A DNA stretch of 63,093 bases, the filler included, from Thraustochytrium aureum (lineage: Eukaryota), in the NCBI GenBank assembly GCA_012862495.1. It is 4 parts of 2 records of this genome, joined end to end, with 100 filler letters (N's around TTAATTAATTAA, not from the genome) between each part and the next. Parts side by side here need not be neighbours in the genome. Positions count along the whole stretch, not along the records: positions 40,266 to 56,969 come from BLSG01000172.1; 3 more parts are not named here. One strand, written 5' to 3'. Numbering within the stretch: position 1 is the first letter of the stretch; each line of letters begins with the position of its first letter. This document shows, in pieces, positions 43,786 to 56,400 of the stretch. The translations under genes and the position numbers were made by a program. The notes beneath the pieces were generated by a model. The model searched no databases and had not been told where the DNA came from. It was given only the letters and a program-made list of their open reading frames with translations.

Positions 43786-46449
43786 CTAGAGCGATTTACG
43801 CGCCTCGGCGGCGAAGTGTGCAGCGGAACTGATCGTCCAATGAATAACCTTGGCAATAAGGGACTCGTTGCGAACGGGCTTGACGATGACATCGTCGTAG
43901 CCAGCGCTGAGCGCTTGCGCGGTGTCCTGCTCGGAAACGTTTCCTGTAATGGCGATAATTGCTCCTTCATAGTGCTGTCGGCGGAGCTCGGCGACTGCCT
44001 CATACCCGTCCAGAACGGGCATGATGCAGTCCATGATAACCAAGTCGAATGAGCGGCCCTCGGCCTGCCTAGCCGTGATCGCCTCGAGGGCCTCTTTGCC
44101 ATTCGTAGCAAACGTCAGCTCGCACCTGACCTTTGACAACGCACGCGAGACGCAGCTCAACACCACGGGGTTGTCGTCCACAACAAGTATTGATTTGGCA
44201 GCGAGCTGCGCAACCTGCGCATCGCGCTCGAGGCTTGCAAGCGCCTTTTGGCGCACCTCCTCGAGCTGGGCTCGTTGTGAGGGCAGAGTTTGCCTCGGCG
44301 GGAGTTTGAACGGCAAGTGCACGGCGAAGCAAGACCCCTCACCCTCTTTGGACGATACAAGTCGCAGGTCGCCGTGGAGCGAGCGAGCAATGTCCCGTGA
44401 GAGAACGAGGCCCAAGCCCGTTCCTAGCGCCTTGTTCGGCTGGTTGCCCGCAATCCTCGTGAGAAACGTGAAGAGCTTGCCTTGTTCCGAGGCGGGGATC
44501 CCGCAGCCCGAGTCCTCGACACAGACGACGAGAACACCGTCAAAACCCCGGCCTGCGAGGTCTTCCGAGCAAGGCTCGACACTGACTCGCGTCTTGATAA
44601 AGCCTGAGGTCACAAACTTGCTCGCGTTGGAGAGCAGGTTACCGACGATCTGGGACAGGCGGCCTCGGTCCGCGACGATGCTCTCCGGGACGCCTTCCGA
44701 TAACACTGGCGGGACCCTGATGACGCCGCTGTGCACGCGAGAGGCGTACACTTTGTAGCAGCTGCGCAGGATATCGCCCACCGAGAAGGTCGACAGCGTC
44801 GGCTGGAGTTTGCGAGAGCAGATCTGCACGTAGTCCATGGTCGAGTTTACCACCGAGTAGAGCTGATCTGCAGCCAGTAACACGTCATCGGTTGCCTCGC
44901 TCTGGTGTTCGCAAACGAGGGACTCTGCGCCTGAAATTATGGCCTGCACGGGGTTCCGGATCTCGTGCGAAAGGTAGCCAAGTAACGCGTCCTTTTGCTC
45001 GGCTAGCTTGAACTCAGTTACGCTCCGGAACACGCCGCTCATCAGCGGACCCCCCTGCGCGTCGACCACGCTAAGGATAAGCTGCACCTCGTATTTGGCG
45101 CAAAGGCAGGCCCGTGTTTCAGGCTCCTGCGAAACAGAGACTTCTGTAGCGCACAAGTCAGGGACCACTTCGTGTTTCGCGGCACTCCCTCGGCCCACAC
45201 TGTCCGCTGCACAGGCCCAATTCCCGTGCCGCGCTGGTGCCAACGGAGCGGGCATGCGTTCGTGGCTTGGCTTGCCTCTGAGTTGCGCGTCGAGTCGGAC
45301 CGTTCCGGCTGCAAGCACCAACTCCACCAGCGCCTCGGCGCGGAGCGCCTTTGCGTTGGGCTCGTCCTCGCGCAGCCGGCCGCAGCTGAGTCGTGGGTCG
45401 GTGACGCAGGCCGGAGCCATCGTGCCGCTCATGACGACGGTCCAGTTTGGGTGAACTATTTCGTCCAAGGTGCCGAAGCTCTCGAGAAGAGCTGGAGCCG
45501 AGTCAAAGCCGAGCGTGTTAGCCCCAGCCGCATTGCAGTAGAGGATGGTCCTGTCGCCAGGCGAGAACAGCAAGACGCCGTCCGAGCAGTTTTCAAGGAT
45601 GCAGTCCCCCCGCAGCGCGGCGCCGGCTTGCCCCAGGTCTAAACAGAACCGGAACTCTGCCCCCGAGCCTCGCTTTGCGCAGCCGGAGCGCTCGTTGCTT
45701 GCTGCAGGCTGGGGCGACTGAGGGACAGCGGCGTGTTCACTCGGCGACCTGACTTGGCCGCCTTGCGGCGGCGTGGGCAGTTCGCCTGTTGGCTCACTCA
45801 GCTTGCCCTTAGGGCTGTGACGGCTTGTTTCGGGCGTTCCGGGCGAGCCGTGCGAAGCTGGCATTGTCATCGCTTCGACCAGCAGGACGAGCGAGCCGAT
45901 TTGCGAAGCAACCGGCAGCAGGCCTTCCGCCTCGACGTTTGTCCACGGGCGGGAGCAGCGAGTGAGGCAGAGGACGCCGATGCTCTCAGCTCCGACGAGG
46001 ACGGGTAGCTTGAGCAAATGCTGGGGCTCGGGGCCGCCAATCACGACGGCGGCAATCCAGGCCGAGACCTGGCCGACACCGTCATGCTCGATCACATAGT
46101 CGCCGGACCTCAGTAGCTGGGTCAAGGCCTCCGTTCGCTCATGCTTGCAATCCACTTCGCGCGTCATCGCGGGGGCTGGGTCTAGGGAGGGCTCGCTGCT
46201 TGCGCAAGCGAGGACCCGCAGCTCGTCGGAGGCTGCCCCAGCCCCGTCGCGGGGCGCGCTCGCTTCGAACGCACGCGCGAGAAGGCCGAGGCCTGCGCCT
46301 ACCTCTCCCACGACATCGTGCACCAGCTCGCTCAGGACGCGGTCCAGTCGCGCGTCTGCAAACGCGTTTCTATGCGCCTTAACCAAGAGCTCTGCGAGCG
46401 ACCGCGCGCGTCGCGCTGCGGGCGTCGGGTGCAGTTGCGCGTTGGGCAT
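43786..46449 (-). CDS. Soluble hybrid histidine kinase (GAF-like, PAS-like, HisKA, HATPase, REC)
   Basis: H-box LSHEIRNP; N-box QIVGNLLSNASKF; G1 VEDSGCGI; G2 GTGLGL; receiver ILVVDDN..LVIMDCIMPVLDG..AITG..KPV. No TM segment seen. Confidence 0.92.
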   Translation of the reverse strand: MPNAQLHPTPAARRARSLAELLVKAHRNAFADARLDRVLSELVHDVVGEVGAGLGLLARAFEASAPRDGAGAASDELRVLACASSEPSLDPAPAMTREVDCKHERTEALTQLLRSGDYVIEHDGVGQVSAWIAAVVIGGPEPQHLLKLPVLVGAESIGVLCLTRCSRPWTNVEAEGLLPVASQIGSLVLLVEAMTMPASHGSPGTPETSRHSPKGKLSEPTGELPTPPQGGQVRSPSEHAAVPQSPQPAASNERSGCAKRGSGAEFRFCLDLGQAGAALRGDCILENCSDGVLLFSPGDRTILYCNAAGANTLGFDSAPALLESFGTLDEIVHPNWTVVMSGTMAPACVTDPRLSCGRLREDEPNAKALRAEALVELVLAAGTVRLDAQLRGKPSHERMPAPLAPARHGNWACAADSVGRGSAAKHEVVPDLCATEVSVSQEPETRACLCAKYEVQLILSVVDAQGGPLMSGVFRSVTEFKLAEQKDALLGYLSHEIRNPVQAIISGAESLVCEHQSEATDDVLLAADQLYSVVNSTMDYVQICSRKLQPTLSTFSVGDILRSCYKVYASRVHSGVIRVPPVLSEGVPESIVADRGRLSQIVGNLLSNASKFVTSGFIKTRVSVEPCSEDLAGRGFDGVLVVCVEDSGCGIPASEQGKLFTFLTRIAGNQPNKALGTGLGLVLSRDIARSLHGDLRLVSSKEGEGSCFAVHLPFKLPPRQTLPSQRAQLEEVRQKALASLERDAQVAQLAAKSILVVDDNPVVLSCVSRALSKVRCELTFATNGKEALEAITARQAEGRSFDLVIMDCIMPVLDGYEAVAELRRQHYEGAIIAITGNVSEQDTAQALSAGYDDVIVKPVRNESLIAKVIHWTISSAAHFAAEARKSL

Positions 46450-47243
46450 GGCGAGTCTCGCAGACTTGGACTCCTTGCTCCTCGCCTGGCCCACCGCCTT
46501 GCCAACGAGTCTTGGCCGCTTCCCGCCCGTCGGCATTCCCGTCGGCCGAGCGAGTGGTCGCTCGAGACTCGAGCGCCGTCCGCCCGTACACGCAGCTTGC
46601 CAGATTGGTATCTGCAGGTGCACGAGCCACAGCGCGCGGGCCCTGAGCCTGCACTGCTCCGAAAGCCCTTAGCTTCCAAACGGCGTGGCCGCCTCACAAC
46701 ACTGCCACTCTAGACTCTGCGGCGGTCAAGTTGCAGAGGCTTCAAGCCTGTCACGGTGCCGCCGCGCTCACATGATACTGTAGCTCTTGACCTCGGCTTC
46801 AAAGTGGAGAGGATTCAATGCGGCGCGGCGGGGTCTCCAAGGGCTGTAGCTCTTGACGGGGAGATGTTCANNNNNNNNNNNTACTAGCTAGCTAGAGTAG
46901 GCCTCATCATGGGTCTGCCAGGATCATGATGGTGAGGTGCGGTCACTTGGGCCGAATTCCCGTCCAACTTTGGAACAAGTATGACAGGGGAGCGCAGCGA
47001 TCCGACATGCTAGAGTCCCACTGTGGCACACAATGCGACCACAGCGCCTGCGCAGAGGTGCTACTGGGAACAAAGAAACAAGCGCAAGCTTCCTTCCTCC
47101 GCGACCTCACAACGGCGGTGGCGTTCGTGACAGCATCATGATCAAGCCATGCCGTCAAGCCTTGTCAAGATCATGGAAAATCTTCTGCGTTCTGAACTGA
47201 TTCACGTAGAAGCTATGTTTCTGTGGGAGAGCCCGGGAGTACC

Positions 47244-49262
47244 TCACAAACTTGACCAGGCTTGCAGGCCGACGACCACCCCCTTCTCCACATCCTCGCG
47301 AATTTGGGTTTTGAGGATCTTGCCCGTCGCACCACCTGCGACGCATGCAACCAATCGCGCGTCAGCAACCGGTACAGTAGGTACAGAAAAACAGGTTGCC
47401 AGAGCCAACCTCGCCCTTCTTTCAAGAAATTGACAGCGAGAGAGACTTACGGGGCAGCTGCTCGCTGTACAGAAATACGTGCACGGGCTGCTTGAACTTG
47501 GCGAGCTTGCTGCAGACTGAGCGGATCGAGGCGGGCGTAATGCGGACCGCCGCGCCAGCCTTGGGGTAGATCGCGACGCCAACCTCCTCTTGCAGCGTCG
47601 GGTGCTTGACCCCGATCACCGCCGCCTCGCTGACGTCTGGGTGGTCGTACACCGCTGCCTCCACCTCAGCACAGCTAATGTTTTCGCCACCCCGAATAAT
47701 GATGTCCTTGGCGCGGTCTAGGATGTACAGGTACTGTCTCGCGGCGCCACAGGTCAGCAATCAATCGCCGCCAAAGCGGGCCTCAAAGCACGTTGCGAGC
47801 CCAGCATTGTCAAATCTAACTTACACCCTCGTCGTCCAGGCGCCCAATGTCACCACTGTCCAAAAACCCGTCAGGCGTGATTGTCTTGGCCGTGGCCTCT
47901 GGGTTGCGCCAGTACTCCTTCATGATGTTGGCGCCCTTAATCATCACGCGACCGGGGGTGTTTGACAGGGAAGCTTGCGCCCGTCTCGTCGCGTATCTCG
48001 AGCTCGACGCCAGGCACCGGGCGCCCGCACGACGTCGGCTTGGCCACGTACGCTTCGGACGAGTTGAGGCAGACCACCGCGTTCGTCTCGGTCATGCCAT
48101 AGCCCTGCGTCGGACTCGCCTTCTTGAACTTTTTGCCCACGTCGCTCACCATGGACGGCGGCGGCGGCGCGCCGCCGCCGCCAACCGCCTCCAGCGACGA
48201 GGTGTCGAACTTGTCAAAGTCGGGGTGCTGCATCATCTCGAGCACCATCGTCGGGACCCCCGTGAACTGCGTGACGCGCTCGCGTTCAATGAGCGCGAGC
48301 GCCTCCCGGGGGTTCCACTTGTACATCATGACGAGCTTGCGCCCGACAATCACGGAAACCAAGAAGACGGCGTGCAATCCAGTCGCATGGAACAGCGGGA
48401 CAACGAGCAGGATTGCCGGGTCGTAGGGCGACGCCTCGCTATTCGCTTCGCTGGTTCCGCCCGTTGCGGACTTTACGGCCTTGCCGAGCATTGACGAGGC
48501 GATGGCAGAGTTTAGCGCGTGCGTCACCCCGCGGTGGGTCATCACGACGCCTTTGGGGAAGCCTGTCGTGCCGGAGGTGTACATGAGAATTGCATTCTCG
48601 TCCTTGTCGCACGGGAAGGGCGGCATCTCTTGGCCCTCTCCGCGCGCTAGGGCGTCGCGCCACAGGACCACCTTGCTGTGCTGCAGAGCGGGGGGCACGT
48701 GTGGCTTGGCGCACAAGCACGGCAGTTTTGAGCGCCGAGACCTGGTCCAGATCGGGAGCACGCGCTCCATGCGCTCCTCGTCGCAGATCACGACCTTGCT
48801 CTCGCTGTTTTCGAGGCCGTACGTGAGCTCTTTGGTCGTCCACCACGAGTTCATCGGCACCGCCACGGCGCCCACTGAAGTCGCCGCGATGAAGGCGATA
48901 ATGTACTCGGGGCAGTTTCGGGCGCAGATCGTGACGCGGTCGCCGCGCTCCACGCCAAACGAGTGCACCAGCGCGTGGCCCAGCTGGCCCGCCATCTCGT
49001 ACGTCTGCTGGAACGTGATGCGCTCTTCCCCGTACACGAGAAACTCGCGGTCCAAGAACCCGCGGAGCACCGGCACGCGAAACAGGTCGGGCAGCGTCTG
49101 CGGCAGCATGCCGGGCGCAAACACCTTGTACGTGACGCCCTTATGATGCGGCGCACTGCCATCCGCATACGCGATCACTTCCTCGCGCATTTCAAGCGGT
49201 CCTCCGGGCCCGAACAGCTTGGCCGCCACGGCGCGCTCCACGGCGCTCTTGGGGGGCGCCAT
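47244..49262 (-). CDS. Acyl-CoA synthetase (ANL/AMP-binding), two introns (47734-47824, 47336-47450), frameshift near 47962, C-terminal SSL
   Basis: MYTSGTTGFPKG, QGYGMTET, SGDIG..DDEG|YLYILDRAKDIIIRGGEN, LP|RGATGKILK. Both introns are GTAAGT...CAG and restore the frame. Confidence 0.93.
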
Positions 49263-49998
49263 TTCCTTTGTCTTTCCCAAGTCCAACCAACCCACGCCGT
49301 CGCAACCAGTCTCTGGACGCCCGAAGCGACACAACGCACAAACGCGACGCTGCCCGCGACCTCCGCTCGAGCTAACGCAGGCTCCGCGACTGCTTCAGGG
49401 CCCTGCAGCTCCGGGGATTGGGTTTGGGATTATTGTCGGACTGACGGACGCACGATCCAACACCAGCCCCCTCACCTCACTTGCTCCGTCAGTCCGCTCC
49501 GCAGCGGCTGCTCTGCGATGCGCGCCGCCGGCGCACGTCCTGCGCCTGCGGCGGCCCGCGCGCATCTCCAAGCACATCCGCTTTCCGATGCGCACGCCGC
49601 GCGGGCTGCGGCCACGCAGGCGGGCCGCCGCGCATCGCAGAGCGCCCCAGCGCGACACCAAATACGGCGATTTTGCTGTGTACTGGTGGGTTGGGGTCCG
49701 GGACGGTCGCGCGCAAAGCGTTTGCGGAAGGACTGACTGTCAACAGGCCCTTTCCAGGCGATTGCGCTCGGCCGCGCCTTCGCTCCTTGGAGCCCTCCTG
49801 GCAGCGCTGCTGGCGGCCGACTGGCCCGCATGCCGCCCGCCCGTCCGGCCTGCAGCAGTGTCGCGGNNNNNNNNNNNNNNNNNNNNNNNNNNNNNNNNNN
49901 NNNNNNNNNNNNNNNNNNNNNNNNNNNNNNNNNNNNNNNNNNNNNNNNNNNNNNNNNNNNNNNNNNNNNNNNNNNNNNNNNNNNNNNNNNNNNNNNNG

Positions 49999-51643
49999 GT
50001 GGCGGAGGCGGTCCGCGGGGCGGACCCGAGGTTGCGCTTGGGCGCTGTTGCGCTCGCCGAGCTGCTCCGGCGCGGCAAGGTGACGAGCGCCGAGATGGTG
50101 GACCTGTACATCGAGCAAATCTCGCGCGTCAACCCGCACTTGAACGCCGTGGTCGCGACGCGGTTCGACGAGGCGAGGAAAGAGGCGAGCGCCGCAGACG
50201 AGCTGCTGCGGCGCGCGGCACGAGAGCCCAAGGTTGCCGCCGAGCTTCCAGCTCTGCTCGGTGTCCCGTGCATCATCAAAGAGGTGCACGAGTACCCGGG
50301 CATGCCCTACACAGCCGGGCTTGTAGGCCGACGCGGCAAAGTCGGCGTCAAGATAAACCCGGCACTGCTGCGCATCGAGCGCGCTGGCGCCATCGTGCTC
50401 GGCAGCGGCAACATCAGCGAGGCCTGCATGTGGAGCGAGAGCGACAATCGCGTGCACGGGCGCAGCAGCAACCCGTACGACATCTCGCGGACGCCTGGCG
50501 GCAGCAGCGGGGGAACGCCGCAATCCTCTCGGCGCTCGGTTGCTCGTTCAGTGTGACAAGCGACGTCGGCGGCAGCACGCGCATTCCGGCTCTATACAAT
50601 GGGCTATTTGGCCACAAGCCGTCCGGAGGAGCCATCCCGAACGGGCGCAGCCTGCCGGTCGTTCACGGGCTCGTCGAACGCTACTGCCAGCTCGGGCCCT
50701 GCACGCGCTCGTCGCGCGACCTGATGCCCCTGCTGCGCATCCTCTCCGGCCCGACCGAAGACCACGAGTTGCATGATGCCTGCGCTGAGGAGCGCGCCTA
50801 CCACGCCGTGCAGGCTCCGTACATGCGCGATTTCCACTGGCCGGCGCCCGAGTCCGTGGACCTCCGGAAACTTCGGTTCTTCGTTGTGTGGGACCAACCC
50901 GGCGTGGCCCTCGGCCTCGTGTCTCGGCGTCACAGCGACATGCTCGACGCGCAGCAGCGCGTCGTCAGATTTGTCGAGGAAAACATCGGGGCGCGCGTCG
51001 AGCCCGTCACGTTCCCGGCGCTTTCGCAGTGCTTTGATATTTGGGCCGCTATGTTGCAGCACGCCAACCTCAACACGCCCTTCGCCCAGGTCATCTCTGA
51101 GGGCAAACCCCGCACAATCAACTCGTTCTGGGGCTGGCCAAGTGGATATTGACCTGGGGCAGGCTTTCGGACCACACGCTGCCGGCTCTGGGGCTTGCTG
51201 CTGGAGAGTCGATAAATCACCTCACGCCTGGCCGCAACAAGGCCCTGATCCAGCTGGGCCACCGGCTTCGCGATGACATCAACGCGCTGCTCAAGCTGGA
51301 CGGTGTGCTCATCTTTCCGAGCCTGCCCAACCCGGCGCCGCGCCACGGGCCGCTTCCGAACTTGTTGTTCTTTGCTGACTACGCGGCGTGCGGGATCTTC
51401 AACACGCTCGAGCTCCCCGCCACGGCCGTCCCGTTGGGGCTGTCTCGCAAGGAGGGACTTCCCGTCGGCGTGCAGCTCGTGGCGGGCAACGGGCAAGACC
51501 ACCTCACGATCGCGCTTGCTATGGCGCTTGAGGAGGGCGGGCTGGCGGGCTGGGTCCAGCCGAGGCATCGTCCTTCGCCGCAGCCTCGAGCGAGTGAGCA
51601 ACAAGACTCGCCCTTGGGGGCCCAACGCGCGGATTGCAAGTAA
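49999..51643 (+). CDS. Amidase-signature enzyme, FAAH2-like (5' end in gap; frameshifts near 50520 and 51135)
   Basis: LLGVPCIIKE (catalytic Lys), NPYDISRTPGGSSGG, SDVGGSTRIPA..GHKPS, FNTLELPATAVPLG..GLPVGVQLV. Confidence 0.92.
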
Positions 51644-51853
51644 AGATGATTGTGTTTTTGGCGCGCTTCTTGCGGGCGCTATTCACGTGGCGACGCTGGT
51701 GCTGCCCTTCTGCACCTCCCGTCGCGGCTGCCTCTATGTGCTGCTGGAGTCTAGCTGGTCTGTGTTTTGTGTTTGTGCTGGCCCGAGCTTCCCAGCGAGC
51801 TCGAGCGACTTGGGCGCTCGGCTCGGCCATTCCGCTCAATCTCAATCGCCGAG

Positions 51854-52396
51854 CTAGTCGACGCGCTTGAGTTTCTCGTTGAGCGCGCGGAGCTCTTCGC
51901 GGCTTTCCTCAATAGAGGCCACATTGCCGCGCATGTGGCGCAGAGAGCCGACCACGATCAGCAGGAAGATGCATGACGTCGGGAAGAACTCGCGATCCAC
52001 CTTGAAGTTCCTTTCGACGAGGTGGTAGCCGTAAACCCGACCTGCGCGAGCGCCAGCGCCAGCGAGGCCTGGAAAACGCGGCCTGCCCAGTACGCGTCCG
52101 AGGACGCACCGATCCGCCGAATCCACACTGCCGACAAGAGGTAGAATCCCGCCGACAGCACATCAAACGCGAGGTGGTCTGCGTCAGTCTTGTGGACCCA
52201 CCCGGCGTACCCAGCGTAGGCCACTAGGCCGACCGACAGCTTGAACAGAAAGTCTCTCCACAAAAATGTTGAACGCCTCCGTCTGCATGTGAATGTCGTG
52301 CAGCGGCCGCTCGGCGCGATCCTTCAGCGCGCGCTCAAAGTCCTCGCGTTCCGCCTTGGCTTCTGCGGCCCCGGGCTTGCGCGACCTGAGCCCCAT
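51854..52396 (-). CDS. Small hypothetical multi-pass membrane protein (frameshifted)
   Basis: Hydrophobic segments spread over adjacent frames (LSVGLVAYAGY; FDVLSAGFYLLSAVW; CIFLLIVVGSL) with a coiled-coil-like C-terminus. Confidence 0.5.
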
Positions 52397-53405
52397 CGCC
52401 GCTTGGGCCGATTCCGCAAGCGCCGATTCCGCAANNNNNNNNNNNNNNNNNNNNNNNNNNNNNNNNNNNNNNNNNNNNNNNNNNNNNNNNNNNNNNNNNN
52501 NNNNNNNNNNNNNNNNNNNNNNNNNNNNNNNNNNNNNNNNNNNNNNNNNNNNNNNNNNNNNNNNNNNNNNNNNNNNNNNNNNNNNNNNNNNNNNNNNNNN
52601 NNNNNNNNNNNNNNNNNNNNNNNNNNNNNNNNNNNNNNNNNNNNNNNNNNNNNNNNNNNNNNNNNNNNNNNNNNNNNNNNNNNNNNNNNNNNNNNNNNNN
52701 NNNNNNNNNNNNNNNNNNNNNNNNNNNNNNNNNNNNNNNNNNNNNNNNNNNNNNNNNNNNNNNNNNNNNNNNNNNNNNNNNNNNNNNNNNNNNNNNNNNN
52801 NNNNNNNNNNNNNNNNNNNNNNNNNNNNNNNNNNNNNNNNNNNNNNNNNNNNNNNNNNNNNNNNNNNNNNNNNNNNNNNNNNNNNNNNNNNNNNNNNNNN
52901 NNNNNNNNNNNNNNNNNNNNNNNNNNNNNNNNNNNNNNNNNNNNNNNNNNNNNNNNNNNNNNNNNNNNNNNNNNNNNNNNNNNNNNNNNNNNNNNNNNNN
53001 NNNNNNNNNNNNNNNNNNNNNNNNNNNNNNNNNNNNNNNNNNNNNNNNNNNNNNNNNNNNNNNNNNNNNNNNNNNNNNNNNNNNNNNNNNNNNNNNNNNN
53101 NNNNNNNNNNNNNNNNNNNNNNNNNNNNNNNNNNNNNNNNNNNNNNNNNNNNNNNNNNNNNNNNNNNNNNNNNNNNNNNNNNNNNNNNNNNNNNNNNNNN
53201 NNNNNNNNNNNNNNNNNNNNNNNNNNNNNNNNNNNNNNNNNNNNNNNNNNNNNNNNNNNNNNNNNNNNNNNNNNNNNNNNNNNNNNNNNNNNNNNNNNNN
53301 NNNNNNNNNNNNNNNNNNNNNNNNNNNNNNNNNNNNNNNNNNNNNNNNNNNNNNNNNNNNNNNNNNNNNNNNNNNNNNNNNNNNNNNNNNNNNNNNNNNN
53401 NNNNN

Positions 53406-56400
53406 GACTTCTTCAGCGATGCGATGAAGAAGGTGAAGAGTAACGCGGTCAAGCTCGTCGATGAAGGCAAGCTGCTGCTCGAGGAAGTCGACTCGAGCGC
53501 GGAAAACCTGATGACTCACGCTGGCGAGGCGCTCACGAGGGGCATGCAGGGCAAGGACGGCGAGGCGGAGAGCGAGGAGGACGGGAACGAGGTCAATGAC
53601 GACGAAGAGGACGAATGGGAAGGCTGGGGCGGCGACGAGGGCGACGAACCCGACGAGTTGGACCAAGGCGAACGCGACGCAGACACGGATTCGCCGCCCC
53701 GAGCCCAAATCGCGTCTCAAGCAGGCGGATGCTGGCGCCGAGGATGGCGGCAACGGCAATTTTCGTCGCCAAGGGCGGAGAGCTTCGCGCGACGAGCAAG
53801 CTGACTACGAGGATGAAGAATCGGCGCCGCCAGCGCCGGCACAGCAGCGCAGCGGCCGCACCGGCGGCGGAAACCTGTTCGGCTTCGTGAGCGACATGCT
53901 CGTCAAGAACTTTGACGATGTGCACGCAGAAGAGGGAGACTCGAGCGAAGAAGAGCAAGACGCGGAGGGCGAAGCCCCCGACGGCGAAAGCGACGTTCAG
54001 GACCAGGACGACGCGCCATCCCTCTCTCGAGGATGGGGAGCAAGAGCTAAGGGCGGGGATGTGTTTGGCTTTGTCAACAGCATCATTGGCTCGGACGGGA
54101 ACGACCAACACAACACCCACCTCGACGAAATCAATGCGCTTCGAGCGATGGTGCACGATCTCGAGTCACAGGTGCAGCTCATGTCCGAGGAGAAGCAGAT
54201 CCTGTCCAACAGGATCCGAGAAAGCCAAGAGGGGCAGCCTGAGCCGGCGAAGCGCCGTGGCAGCGACGCGCAGCCCCCTGTTGCAGGCGAGCGCGACCTG
54301 GCGGACAACGCGGACAACGAGCTGCGCGCCAGGCTGGGCGAGCTCCTGCCCAAGGCCGCGCTAGCGGACGACTCGAGCTGAAAGTCGAAAGCCTGCAGGC
54401 CAGCCTTAGCGCGCGCGACACGGCCATCGAATCGCACAAGCGCCAAATAGACCAGCTCCGCGCTCAGCTCGAGTCCCACCAGGCCGGGGCGGAATTGACC
54501 GCGTCCGCTGACCAGCAGCACTCCGCCGCCGTCGAGGAGCTCAACGCGCAGCTTGCAGAGGCGATGGACCAGCTCGACGAAAAGACGGAGGCGCTTGCGC
54601 ACATGCAGCGCCAAGTCGACGCCTTCAAGTTCAACGTGGCGTCGCAGCCGGACGCAGGCGCCCGTGTCAAGGAACTCGAGTCGACGGTCCAGAGGCTTCA
54701 AGCGGCCAACGAGGACCTTCAAAGCGTCGTGAGGGAGCGCGACGACCTCGTTGCGGAGCTGGAGGCCGCCGACCGCGCGCGAGAGATAGCCTCTGAGGAG
54801 TACGCGGCGATGATCAAGGCGCGCGAGAGCGAAATTGCAGACCTCAAGAACTCCGTTGAGGAATCTACAAAAGAGCTTGCCCGCGCTCGATCCGACATCG
54901 AGGCACATGGTGGGTCTGGCGAAGCCTCTGAGCTCGCCTCCCAGCTCGAACAAGAGCGCGCCTCGCGGCTCGAACTCGAGGCTGACATCGGGGCTTTGCG
55001 CCAAGCCCTCGAGCTGGAGCGCGAAGAGGCGGCGGCCAAGCTTGAAGAGTTACGTACTGCAGTAGACCGAGCTCGGGGCGACCTTGATGCGCAGCGCAAG
55101 GCCTTTAAGGCCGCTGCGGAAGATGCAGAGTCCCTACGCAGCGTCGCCGGCAACGACAGTGACCGGCTCGCAGAGCTCGAGCAAGCGCTGGTCGAGGCCA
55201 TGGCCGCGCGCGACCAAGCGGTCGCTGCACGCGAGGAGGAAGCGGCCACGGCCCAGTCCGAGCTCGAGGGTTTACGAGCAGCTAAGGGCGAATTGGAGGC
55301 GGAAGCAGAAGCGATGCGGCAGGAGCTCGAGCGGCTGCGCGACGAAGCCGGCGCCGCGGCGGCAGCTGCAGAAAGGGCCGCCACTCTTGAAGCAGAACTC
55401 GAGCAAGCCGTCGCCGCCCGCAACGACGCCTCAGCTGCGGCGGAGGAGCAGCTAGAAATGCTGGCTGCAATGCGGCAGGAGCTCGAGCGGCAGCGCGACG
55501 AAGCCGGCGCCGCGGCGGCAGCTGCAGAAAGGGCCGCCACTCTTGAAGCAGAATTCGAGCAAGCCGTCGCCGCCCGCAACGACGCCGCAGCCGCGGCGGA
55601 GGAGCAGCTGAAAGCGCTCGATGCGATGCGCAGCGCTCTGGCCAAGGCAGAGGAACGTGCCGAGGAAAGCCAACAGGAAGTTGAGCGCGTCCGAGACCAA
55701 GTGGATGAAGAGCAGCGGACACTGCGCGCGGCGCTGAGCGCTGCGGAAGAGGCCCTCGAGAAACACCGCGAGGAGCTCAGCAGCCTCGCCGCGTTGCGTG
55801 AACAAGAGGCCGTGCAAGTCGCTGAAGCCCTCAGGCTTGCCGAACGAGAGCGCGATGACGCCTTGGAGGCGGTCGCCACCCACGGCGTGGGCAGCGCTGA
55901 GAGCGAGAGCGCCAACGCCGCACTGCAAGCGCAAGTCGCCGAGAGCGAGAGCGCCAATGCCGCACTGCAAGCGCAAGTCGCCGAGCTCGAGGCGGGGATA
56001 TCTAGCCGGGAAGAGGAGATGAGAGCGCTGCGCAAGCGCCTCGGTAGCGCCCTGGAGATGGCCCAGCAAGAGCCCTCGTCGCTGCGATCAAGCAGCGGCC
56101 GAACGAGCCCATTGCCAGCCGAGTCGCTCGTTGAGCGCGTCGAGCGCCTCGCTGAGGAGCGCCTACAGGCGCAGCGAGCCGCCCGCAGGCTAGCCCTGGA
56201 AACAGAGCAACTAAGGGAGAACGACGGCGCTCCCGTGTTCACGACGCGCCTGACCACGGAGGAGGCGCTCGAGCACACGAGCGAAATCGTGCACCAAATG
56301 GAGGGAATTCGGGGCAACTTTGAGCGCCAGCTCGGGCTGCTGCGCGCAGAACTTGGCCAGGCCCAAGCCCGAGCGGCAGAACAGGAGGCCCTTGCCGCTG

